Assembly (NCBI RefSeq): GCF_009914755.1
Contig: NC_060930.1
From: the human T2T-CHM13v2.0 reference genome, Homo sapiens
Reading direction: 5' to 3' (one strand)
Length of the DNA stretch: 64,000 nt
Position numbers and translations under genes: made by a program. Positions 52,336-64,000 of this stretch are shown piece by piece. The stretch's first letter is position 1. Every line of letters begins with the position of its first letter. The notes under the pieces were generated by a model that was not told the DNA's origin, did not search any database, and saw nothing but the letters and a program-made list of their open reading frames with translations.

Positions 52336-52507
52336 ACTTAACCAAACACATTTCATTCCCCTAACATAAAAGTTTTCCTTCTGATTGGCACACACAAAAG
52401 TAGCAGAAATGTAAATCGCAATTCCTTTTCTGTCTGCTATCAAAATCAAGAGAAGAACATAAATTACATACAGTAACCACACCCTCAAAACTGAAGCTTT
52501 CAATTTT

Positions 52508-52541
52508 TATTTTTTATTTTTTATTATACTTTAAGTTTTAG
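52508..52541 (-). mobile_element. Micro-L1 insertion (34 nt: last ~20 nt of a young L1PA plus A-tail)
   Basis: Reverse strand CTAAAACTTAAAGTATAATAAAAAATAAAAAATA between exact 15-bp TSDs GAAGCTTTCAATTTT (52493-52507 and 52542-52556). Confidence 0.85.
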
Positions 52542-55108
52542 GAAGCTTTCAATTTTCAATACACATACAACCATATCTGGAGAAGAGAAATAGGGAGCAG
52601 GGTCAGCTTGCCAATAAAATTGTGTAAGAATTTACACAATTCTGCAAAGAATGAGCGGAGACTATAGGAGGCCTGCTCACTTACTCTATGTACCAAATTC
52701 AGATCTGTGTTTTAGAAAATGTTCTGGATTGCCTGCAGTTGGATATTAGTTGGAGCTTTTGTAAACACACAGAGTATGGTTTTCGGGCATGTGGTGATTA
52801 ATACTAAGTGTCAACTTGATTGGATTTAAGGATGCAAAGTACTGATCCTGGTGTGTCTGTGAGGGTGTTGCCGATGGAGATGAACATTTGAGTCAGTGGG
52901 CTGGGAAAGGCAGACCCACCCTTAATCTGGTGGGCACCATCTAATCAGCTGCCAGCGAACACAAAGCAGGCAGAAAAACGTGAAAAGGCGAGACTGGCCT
53001 AGGCTCCCAGCCTACATCTTTCTCCTGTGCTGGATGCTTCCTGCCCTCAAACATTGGACTCCAAGTTCTTCAGTTTTCAGACTTGGACTGGCTCTCCTTG
53101 CTCTTCAAGCTCACAGACAGCCTATTGTGGGACTTGTGATCATGTAAGTTAATACTCTTTATATATATATATATATATACTATTAGTTCTATCCTTCTGG
53201 GGAACCCTGACTAATACATATTTTGGTACCAGGAATGGTTCTAAAGGAATAGAATATTAAGGATGTTCTTTCATTGGTTTTGGGGTTTCTGGAGTTGGCT
53301 GCTTAATATGTTCAGATCCAAAAATGCTAAGGACTCTACTTGTAATAGTATGGAGAACACTGATATTCCTTGGCATGAACTGTTTAGAGAGTTACATAAA
53401 ATAAATAGATTTGACACTCCTGATTCACCTCTCATGAGAGGAAAGGAGTTTAGTGACTCTACATAATACCTTTGACCATATGTGGAGAACCAAGGAACAT
53501 AATGAAGTTGGTTGGTTGCTCCTAAGTTCAGTGGACAAAGTAATGAAAGAAAATGATGAACTCTGGGATTCTGTCTCCTGGCTTCAGAAGCTGAGGCTCA
53601 AATCCGCTAAGATTGCCCATAGTGAGTGGCTTATTTCCTGTAGAGAAAGAGATGAAACTGTAGAAAAACACATGCAAGCTCTTATGCCAGTGGCTGACCT
53701 GCAACAAAAGGTGCATGCACAGCCTCACCAGATATCTACTGTTAAAGTGAGGTCATTGATTGGAAAAGAATGGGACCCTGCAATTTGGAATGGAGATGTG
53801 TGGTAGGACCATGATGAAGCTGAGGACACTGAGTCTGTAAACTCAGATGAAACTTTTTTGCCAAAAGAAACAGCTTCCCCATCCCCAGTAGTGGCAACAT
53901 CTCCTCCCTGACCCATGCTGCCATCAGTCTTTCCATCTTTGTCTGAGGAGACAAACCTTGTGCTACCTAAGACAACAATGATGGCCTCCCCTGAGACAGT
54001 TGCCCAGAAAATAATGTTGATTCTCCTCAGGAGCCACCTCCAACACCCCTGTTTACTTCTAGACATATAACCAAAGTCCTGGCAGGCCTCTAGAGGTGAG
54101 ATTGAGATTGTGACCCAAGAGGTGGTGCACTACACTAGAAAAGAACTGCTTGAGTTCTCCAATCTCTATACACAGAAATCTGGAGAACAGGCATGGGAAT
54201 GGATATTAAGGGTATGGGAAAATGGTGGGAGGAACATAGAATTGGATCAGGCTGAATTTATTGATTTAGGTCCACTAAGTAGGGACTCTGCATTTAATGT
54301 TGCAGCTCAGGGAGTTAAAAAAGGTCTAACAGTCTATTTGCTTGATTAGATGAAATACAGATTAAATGATGGCCCACTGTGAGAAAGCTGGATATGACTG
54401 ATCTCCTTTGGTTTAACATAGAGGAGGGGATCCAACATCTTAGGGAGACTGAGATGGTGGAGTGGATTAGTAACTAGACCTACTCATCCCAGTTGGGAGG
54501 GTCCAGAAGATACACCCTTGACCACTGCCTTGTGAAATAGATTTGAGGGCTGCACCTGAATCTTTGAAGAGCCCTGTAATTGTTCTTCTCTGTATGTCAG
54601 GTCTAACAGTGGGAACTGAAGTCATTCAACTACAAAATTTAAATACAATAAGAATAATTGGATCCCTATGTGGCAAGGGCCAAGTGGTGGCACTCAACCA
54701 TCAAAGGCAAGGTGGGCCTAGCTACCGTAATGGACAACAGAAACAAAGCAGCAAACAGAACAGTCTGACTCATGTAGAGCTCTGACATTAACTAATTAAT
54801 CACAGTGTTTTCAGAAGTGAAATTGTCGGGAAGCCTAATGCATTCTTGCTTAATTTATATTAGCAGAAAACTTTTAGGTCAAATGGACAAAAGATTAATT
54901 TGAATTATAAAAAGAGAATCACAGCGCCTCAATCAATTTCCAGACTGGAGCCAGTTTACAGACCCAGAACCCCTTAAGTGAAGGAGAGACTGGGTCCCCC
55001 TGAGGAAGCACCCCACTTCAGTACCAACAATCTAGGCTGTGAATATTTCTCCCATCCTTCCCTAAAGAGACCTTCAGCTTTGTACCTTCAGCAATGTAGA
55101 GGGTAACT

Positions 55109-57960
55109 GTGAATTGGGGAAAGGAAAATGATCAGACATTTTGGGAACTACTGGACACTGGCTCTGAGCTGACGTTGATTCCAGGGAAAAAAAAACATCA
55201 CTGTGGTACTCCAGTTGAAGTAGTGGCTTATGGAGGTCAGGTAATTAACGGAGTTTTAGCTCACGTTGACTTACAGTGTGTCCAGTTGGTCCCCAGAATC
55301 ATCTGTGGTCATTTCCTCAGTGCCAGAATGCATAATTGGCATAGACATACTTAGAAGCTGGCAGAACCCCCACATTGACTCTCTGACTGGTAGGGTGAGG
55401 GCTACTATGGTGGGAAAGGCCAAATGGAAGCCATTAGAGCTGCCTCTACCTAGAAAAATACTAAATCAAAAACAGTATCACATCCCTGCAGGGATTGCGG
55501 AGATTAGTGCCACCATGAAGGACTTGAAGGATGCATAGGTGGTGATTCCCACCATATCCCCATTCAACTCTCCCATCTGGCCTGTGCAGAAGACAGACAG
55601 ATCTTGGAGAATGACACTGGGTTATTGTAAGCTTAACGAAGTGGTGACTCCAACTGCAGCTGCTGTACTAGATGTGGTTTCATTACTTGAGCAAATTAAC
55701 ACATCTCCTTGTACCTGGTATGCAGCCATTGACTTGGCAAATGCCTTTTTCTCCATTCCTGTCCATAAGGCCCACCAGAAGCAATTTTTCTTCAGTGGCA
55801 AGGCCAGCAATATACCTTTACTGTCCCACCTCAGAGGTATATCTCTCCAGCTTTATATCATAATCTTACCCAGAGAGAACTTGATTGCTTTTTGTTTCCA
55901 AAAGATATCACACTGGTCCATTACACTGAGGACATTATGCCTATTGGATCCAGTGAGCAAGAAGTAGCAAACACACTGGAATTATTGCTGAGACATATGT
56001 CTGCAAGAAGATGGGAAATAAATCCAACTAAAATTCAGGGACCTTCCACCTCAGTAAAATGTCTAGGGGTCCAGTGGTGTGGGGCCTGTCGAGATATTAC
56101 TTCTAAAGTGAAGGATAAGTTGCTGCATTTGGCCTCTCCTACAAACAAGAAAGAGGCACAACACCTAGTGGGCCTATTTGGATTTCGGAGGCAACACATT
56201 CCTCACTTGGGTGTGTTACTCCAGCCCATTTATTAAGTGACCTGAAAGGCTGCCAGTTTTGAGTGGTGTCCAGAACAGGAGAAGGCTCTGCAACAGGTCC
56301 AGGCTGCTGTGCAAGCTGCTCTGCCACTTGGGCCATATGATCCAGCAGATCCAATGAGGCTTAAGATATCTGTTACAGATAGGGATGCTGTTTGGAGCCT
56401 TTGGCTGGCCCCCATAAGTGAATCACAGCAGAGGCCTCTAGGATTTTGGAAAGTCCCTACCATCTTCTGCAGATAACTACTCTACTTCTGAGAGACAGCT
56501 CTTGGCATGTTACTGGGCTTTGGTGGAAACTGAATGTTTGACTGTGGGTCAAGTCACCATGTGACCTGAACTGCCTATCATGAACTGGGTTCTTTTTGAC
56601 CCATTAGCCATAAAGTGGGTCATACACAGCAGCATTCCATCATCAAGTGGAAGTTGTACATATGTGATCGGGCTCGAGCAGGTCCTGAAGGCACAAGAAA
56701 GTTACATGAGGAAGTGACTCAAATGCCCTTAATTTCCACTCCTGCCACCCTGCCTTCTCTCCCCCAGCTTGCACAGATGGCCTCATGGTGAGTTCCCTAT
56801 GATCAGTTGACAGAGGAAGGGAAGACTAGGGCCTGGTTCACAGATGGTTCTGCACGATATGCAGGCACCACCTGAAAGTGGACAGCTGCAGCACTAATAG
56901 CCCCTTTCTAGCACATCCCTGAAGGACAGTGTTGAAGGGAAATCTTCCCAGTGGGCAGAACTTCGAGCAGTGCACCAGGTTGTGCACTTTGCATGGAAGG
57001 AGAAATGGCCAGATGTGTAATTATACACTGATTCATGGGCTGTAGCCAGTGGTTTGGCTGGATGGTAAGGGACTTGGAAGACACATGATTGGAAAACTGG
57101 TGAGAAATAAATTTGGGGAAGAAGTATGTGGATGGACCTCTTTGAGTGGTCAAAAACCATGAAGATACTTGTATCCCATATGAGTGCTCACCAACAGGTG
57201 ACCTCAGCAGAGGAGGATTTTAATAATCAAGTGGATAGGATGACCCGTTCTGTGGACACCATTCAGCTTCTTTCCCCAGCCACCCCTGTCATCACCCAAC
57301 GGGCCCATGAACAAAGTGGCCACGGTGGCAGGGATGCCATGGTAGCAGGGATGGAGGTTACTCATGGGATCACCAACATGGACTTCCACTCACCAAGGCT
57401 GACCTGGCTACGGCCACTGCTGAGTGCCCAATTTGCCAGCAGCAGAGACCAACACTGAGTCCTTGATATGGCACCGTTCCTTGGAGTGATCAGCCAGCTA
57501 CCTGGTGGCAAGCTGCTTACAATGGACCTCTTCCATTATGGAAAGGGCAGAGGTTTGTCCTCACTGGAATAGACACTTACTCCAGATATGGGTTTGCCTA
57601 TCCTGCACACAATGCTTCTGCTAAGACTACTATCCGTGGACTCATGGAATGCCTTATCCACTATCATGGTATTACACACAGCATTGCCTCTGACCAAGGC
57701 ACTCACTTTACGGCTAAAGAAGCAGGGCAGTGGCTTATGCTCATGAAATTCACTGGTCTTACAATGTTCCTCATCATCTTGAAGCAGATGGATTGATTGA
57801 TAGGAGGGTGGAATGGCCTTTTGAAGTCACAAATACAATGGCAACTAGGTAACAATACTTTGCAGGGCTGGGGCAAATTCTACAGAAGGCCACGTATGCT
57901 CTGAATCAGCATCCAATATATGATACTGTTTTTGCCATAGCCAGGATTCATGATTCCAGG
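55109..57960 (+). pseudogene. HERV-L pro/pol remnant
   Basis: Multiple stops and frameshifts; RT YxDD motif reads YTED. Confidence 0.85.
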
Positions 57961-57975
57961 AATTAAGGAGTAGAA

Positions 57976-58443
57976 GTGGAGGTAGCACCACTCACCATCA
58001 CCCCTAGTGATCCATTAGCAAAATGTTTGCCTCCTGTTCCCACAAGATTACATTCTCTTGGCCTAGAGGTCTTAGTTCCAGAGGGAGGAACATTGCCACC
58101 AGGAGACAAAACAACGATTCCATTAAACTGGAAGTTAAGGTTGCCACCTGGATACTTTGGGTTTCTCCTACATTTAAGTCAACAGACTAAGAAGGGAGTT
58201 ACAGTGTTCACTGGGGTGACTGACCCAGACTATCAAGACGAAATCAGTCTACTACTCCATAATGAATGTAAGGAAGAGTATGTACGGAATACAGGAGATC
58301 CATTAGGGCATCTCTTAGTATTACCATGCCCTGTGATTAAGGTCAATGGGAAACTACAACAGCCCAATCCAGGCAGGACTACAAATGGTCCAGACCCCTC
58401 AGGAATGAAGGTTTGGGTCACTTCACCAAGAAAAAAACCATGA
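57976..58443 (+). pseudogene. HERV-L dUTPase-region open frame (155 codons, GTG start)
   Basis: GVTDPDYQDEI resembles dUTPase motif III (GxIDxDYxGE); other motifs degenerate. Confidence 0.75.
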
Positions 58444-59562
58444 CCTCCTGAGGTACTGAAGGCAAAGGGAATACAGAATGGGTAGTAGGAGAAGGTAGTC
58501 ATCAATACCAGTTACGACCACGTGACCAGCTACAGAAAAGAGGACTGTAACTGTCATGAGTATTTCCTCCTCCTTTTGTTAAAAACATGTTTGTGATTGT
58601 ATACACTTGTACTAAGACATTATCTTCATTTTATTTCCTTTTCCTTTATCATGTGACATAAGATTTATTGACTTCATATCAGCATTTAAGTATTGTTAAC
58701 TTCATGTAATAGTATTTGGGTTCAGGATTGAGGCGTTTCTGAGTGTAAGAAGGATAGCTGTATTATGTTAGGCGTAATTATGATCTTATTATTATCTTTA
58801 TTTGAAGATTATGTATAATCTCAGGAGATGTGTATGGGTTCAAGCTGACAACAGGTGGACTTGTGATGGTTAATACTGCATGTCAACTTGATTGGACTGT
58901 ATGATACAAAGTACTGATCCCAGGTATGCCTGTGAGGGTGCTGCCAATGAAGATTAACATTTGAGTCAGTGAGCTGAGGAAGGCAGACCCACCCTTAATC
59001 TGGTGGGCACCATCTAATCAGCTGCTAGAGAATATAAAGCAGGCAGAAAAACATGAAAAGGTGAGACTGGCCTAGCCTCCCAGCCTACATCTTTCTCCTG
59101 CGCTGGATGCTTCCTGCCCTTGAACATTGGACTCCAAGTTCTTCAGTTTTGAGAGTTGGACCGGCTCTCCTTGCTCCTCAAGTTTGCAGACAGCCTATTG
59201 TGAAACCTTGTGATCAGGTAAGTTAATACTTAATAAACTCCCCTTTGTAGATATATAATATATATACACATATCCCTTTGTGTATAATATATATTATATA
59301 TATTATATATATGTGTGTATAATATATATAAATATATATTATATATATATATAATATATATATATAATATACACACACACACATATATATATGTATCCTA
59401 TAAGTTTGGTCCCTCTAAGGAACTCTGACTAATACAGGGCATATTGAGTTTGTGGAGCTTGCATGATACACAGATCCAAATGCCACATAAAACTTGCAAA
59501 TATGCTCAGGACAGGCTTAGGGCTGGACATACAGATATAGGGGTAGTCAGTAAAGAGTGACC

Positions 59563-59921
<359 letters not shown>

Positions 59922-62900
59922 CTAGGAGACAATTCAAATTGAAAGTTTAATAAAGGAGGAAAATAAAGAATTAGCAAAAATGAACGACACAAAAGGAATC
60001 CCAAAATAAAAGAGAATAAAGTCACTGATGCTGCCAAAAAGACTGTATCTAAGAAAGTATGGCACTTAGCAAAGACGCAATAAATATTTTCTGAATGAAT
60101 GAACAAAAATGAAAGGAATACATTTCATTAAGTAGGCAGAATATAAAATGCTACAGAGAGCTCAAGAAAATTAAATCATAATAAGGGTGTAGATAAAAAT
60201 ACATAAGGTTGGAAAATGTGCCTATCCTTTGACTTAGCAAGTGTATTTCTACAGATTTGTTGTGGAGCAACAATTATAAACATCAAGATATTTATCCATA
60301 GATATTTAAAAATAAAAAAACACCTACGTGTGTAAAAACAGAAAATTGAGATTCAATCGTGTACTGGAATATTACTTAATCCTTTAAAATTATGATACAG
60401 ATTAATATTTATAGGTGTGAATGGATAATTTTAAATACTGAAGTAAAAAAGGAAGTCTCAAAACAATAACACTCCTATTTTTCAAAAAAAAATCTGTAGC
60501 TAAAGATCAAAATATGAGCATAATAGGGTTAACAGTGGTTACCATGAAGAGGTAGGGTAATGAGTGTTGCTTTCTCCTTTTGTTTTCAGCATTCTTGAAT
60601 TTTTCTATGTAAACAAGAACTGTTTGATTAAATTAGAATTTTGAATTAGTTACTGTCTTCAATCAGTAATCGATCATTTTATTATTTTTATTATTAACTT
60701 GAAAAAATAAATTCTAGATGTGTGTGTATATGTATATATGTATACATGTGTATATAAAATCTAAAATGTGGATGGTTTTGTCATCATGTTATATTCTAAT
60801 TTCTGATATTAAAAAAAGATTACAAGAGGTAATTGTGAGATTATTTCTTGTTACTAAGGTTAATCACATTTAAGTCTAGTTAGCAACTGGGTCACTGGAA
60901 ATAAATAATTTGGTGATTTGTTGTGATGAAATACTAACATTTGGCTATGTTTGTTACTTGTTAAAATAACCAAACTGCTTTTAATTACACTAATTTTTAA
61001 AACAAATATGAATTTTTAACTTTTCATATTAAAGTCATCTCAGAGGTCAGACTTTTTTAACAAAGAAGCTAATGATGCATAAACCTGTTCATTGTACTAT
61101 ATATAAAACTTACTGTTGGTGGGTAAATATAAAATAATAACAAATGGCAAATGATTAATTTTAAAGGCTGTTCTGTAAGTATAGACTCCCAAGTTTTGTT
61201 TTTAAGAAAATTAACAATAAATAGGCCACATTATAGTTTCAAATGAGCAAAGAAGAAATAGGTTTTAGAAGGACAATATTAACATTTTTAAACCATGTTA
61301 AATTTTAATATATATTTAACTAAGAGTTACTACGTAAGATTTAAATTGTTAAAACTAAGTACATCTTTAGCATTGAAGATAATTCAAAGTTAAAAAAAAA
61401 GCTGCAATTCCACAGCCTATAATAAAACTTAATGTGGTCAGTTTGATATAAAGAAAACTATTAATGTTAAATGATGATATAATGTTTCCCCACGATATTT
61501 ACAGCTTTTGTTTTGAAATAAAATGTCCAAGAAGGAATATAACATTACTCTAAACCTACTAAAAATGGTTAAGAAACGTTTAAGCTGCTAAGCCTTGGGC
61601 AGTATCAAAAGTTTCCAGGCAACTGTTTTAATCAGTCAGCAGATTTAACAAATAAATGCTAACCAAATAACTCAAAACGATCTGGCAATGTGGTAGACAC
61701 GAAAGTAGAAGAAAATAATACTCCCTTAGGAAACTGAAGTTTTATTCAGAAGAAGAAATAAATTAACTATTAAATCTGTGGGAAGGACCATAAAGGCAAG
61801 AGGCATGCAAAGAGAAGACAAGATCAGAATGGGCTATAAGTAATTCATAGAGTAAGCTTTGTGTTGAAGGATGGGTTGAATTTGTATAAGTAGACAAAAG
61901 CAAAGACAGTAGTCAAGACATAAAAAACAAGTACAGAAGCAGGAATAAATGCTGTTTTGTCCTTGAGGGAGATAAGGAGTCTAACCTCCTCGGAGCATTA
62001 GTTCAGGCTAAGGAAGGGTAGGAACTATTGTACACAGGAAAGGTAGAGATACATTAGGGTAAGACACACAATGGTGTCCAGAATTGCCAGTAACTTAAAA
62101 TGATAAAAGATGGGTGAGGGCTTTATAAGAACATGTTTCTTTTCTGCCTTAATTACTTCACATTCTTCGATTAACTAATTATCTTACTCCTCACTAGATA
62201 ACAAGGTTAAAGAGAATGAGCACCACATCTGATTCACTCATCATTGCATTCCCCATACTAGCACAGTCTGTAGCTCAGAATACGTATTCAATAAATACTG
62301 GTTGAGTAAATATAGAAGAGTACATTTTTAAATTGTAAATCTTACTGTGTAGTCATACATAAAAGGCACTTCACATATTAGGTAACTACACTGAAAAATG
62401 CAGATTAGCTTATTGCTTAATCACACTCCTGGAGAGGGAGGAAGATAGGGTCTCTGACTCATGACGGTGGGTTAGGAAATGGGCAAAGGAACTACTTTTT
62501 AACACAGGTGAGGACAGGGGAAGTGGGCAGCTGACAAGAGCATGAATGTCTTCATCTATCATAGCAGAGTTGATCAGTACTGTCCAAAAGTGAAAAATCA
62601 CACTCAAACCTCTTGAAATGTTTTACACAATGTTTTCTCTTTACCTTAGAGGAATCTCTTCGAAAATAATGACCCCTGGAGAGAAAAAACAGTTATTTGA
62701 AATTCAGCAATTCCTTCAGTCTCACGCTGGGGCTTCTTTTTTTTTGTTTTCCTATAAAATTCAGTTCAAATTTAAAGTGGCAACTGTACTATAATTCTAT
62801 TTTTATAAAAGAATTTATTTTTATATATCTGCATATCTTTCTGTCTATATATGTACAGAAAGATGCCTAGAATGATTTTCCACAGTGTTAATAATGACCG

Positions 62901-62999
62901 TTTTAGAATTACAAGGAATTTCATTATATTTAATTTTCTGCATTGGTTAATTTATTTATAATAAAGATCAACTATTGTTTAAAAAAACAGAAAAAAGTT

Positions 63000-63830
63000 A
63001 TGATGACTTTCAAAATTAAGCAATTAAAGAGACGGTTGGGTCACTTAATGAGACAGAAATGAAAGATGTATTTTGTTTGTTTTTGTAGAAGGAGGTTTGG
63101 GAGACCCAAGAGTTCAATTTTCAACATGTTTAAGTGAGAAATGTATAAATTGAGATGTCAGAAGGCAGGTGTATATATAGGTTTGGTAGCTGAAAAGAGA
63201 GGTCTGGGCTAGAGATATAAATGGGGGCATCTACTAGCATATAAATGATATTTAAAGGCAAATGTTTAAGTGTAATAAATTAAGAGTAGAGTGCACAGAA
63301 ACCTAGGATCCTTGATCCTGGGTCCAGGACTAAATCCTGAGTATTCCAACATTCAGAGGTTGACTAGAGAATGAAAAAAAAAAAAAAAAGAAAGAAAGAA
63401 AAAGAAACCGCAGCAATAAGAGTGTGTGATACACAGAAATGAAGAGAATTTTTCACACAGGGAAAAAAAAAAAATGGTCCCCTATATCAAATGCTACTGA
63501 CAGTTATAGTAAGATGAGAAAAGAGAAGAATTCACTAGATTCATTAGCATGGAAGTTACAAGTGATCTAGCGATGAGCAGGATGAATAGTTCTGACAAAA
63601 TTATAAAGTCAATGTCAAATCAAAGTGAGTTGAGTAAATACGGGTGAGCAACTGAGGACAGTTTGTATAGACATATTTTGCTATATAGATCAGTGGCTGC
63701 AAGGAGACACAAGGTCAAGGATATTTCTTTGGGTGGTTTGTTGTATTTCATTGTAAGATGGGACATATGAAGGCATGTCTTCACACTAATAGGAATGATC
63801 TAGCATAAAAGGATAAGTTGGAAGAGGGAG
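63000..63830 (-). mobile_element. L2 fragment
   Basis: gagaggtctgggctagagatataaatgggggcatc, tcaaatgctactga, ttagcatggaag. Confidence 0.7.
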
Positions 63831-64000
63831 AAAAGGAGTAGGGGTGAAGGAGGGAGGCTAATCAAAGGAGCACCCTTCTTGAGTATTAGTCATTTACAAT
63901 GTAAGATTTGTAAGATCTTGGCAATTTAAAATTCAGAACTTTAAACAGAATGTGATGCTGTTCACGCCACATTTCACTAAGCCTCATATTAGCTTCATCT

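Larger units (their letters stand above)
52790..59436 (+). mobile_element. Complete HERV-L provirus with MLT2A1-type LTRs (5' 52790-53218; 3' 58862-59436); gag-pro-pol-dUTPase, no env, coding-defective
   Basis: 5-bp TSD GGGCA (52785-52789 and 59437-59441); PBS ttttggtaccagga; gag remnants 53263-54785; protease LLDTGS; [11 protein letters not shown]; RNase H and integrase remnants; dUTPase; PPT. Confidence 0.95.

Noticed and set aside
51161-52503. ORFs rich in VC, HI/YI or P repeats
   Set aside because: Translations of microsatellite and low-complexity DNA.
57976-58443. Domesticated HERV-L dUTPase gene
   Set aside because: GTG start, degenerate motifs and the rest of pol broken; an open stretch of this length can occur by chance.

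Overview
Human genomic DNA (it contains a human-specific pre-Ta L1HS), almost entirely intron of a minus-strand gene. Three GT-AG coding exons missing from the ORF track (31530-31652, 22071-22179, 21132-21225) splice in frame to ...[108 protein letters not shown]..., which I recognise from memory as TBC1D32/BROMI (not database-verified). The rest is nested retroelements: a full-length pre-Ta L1HS (ORF1 R49*, ORF2 open but ATG>AAG and F605L, ORF0 intact) inside a 5'-inverted older L1, a full-length L1PA7-like inside an L1PA16-like, a complete HERV-L/MLT2A provirus, a THE1/HERV-L chimeric fragment, an ancient ERV-L relic, LTR22, MST/THE1/MLT LTRs, Tiggers, Alus, L2 and MIR. The best lead: the L1HS antisense promoter and ORF0 point toward the next host exon, and ORF0 splice donor 2 (phase 2) matches that exon's acceptor 1.9 kb away, predicting a human-specific in-frame ORF0-BROMI C-terminal fusion. 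That is an inference, and ORF0 fusions are a known class; I see no wholly new class of system. Most short ORFs in the track are spurious or repeat remnants. Repeat subfamily names come from recalled consensus sequences, and coordinates of old repeats are approximate.
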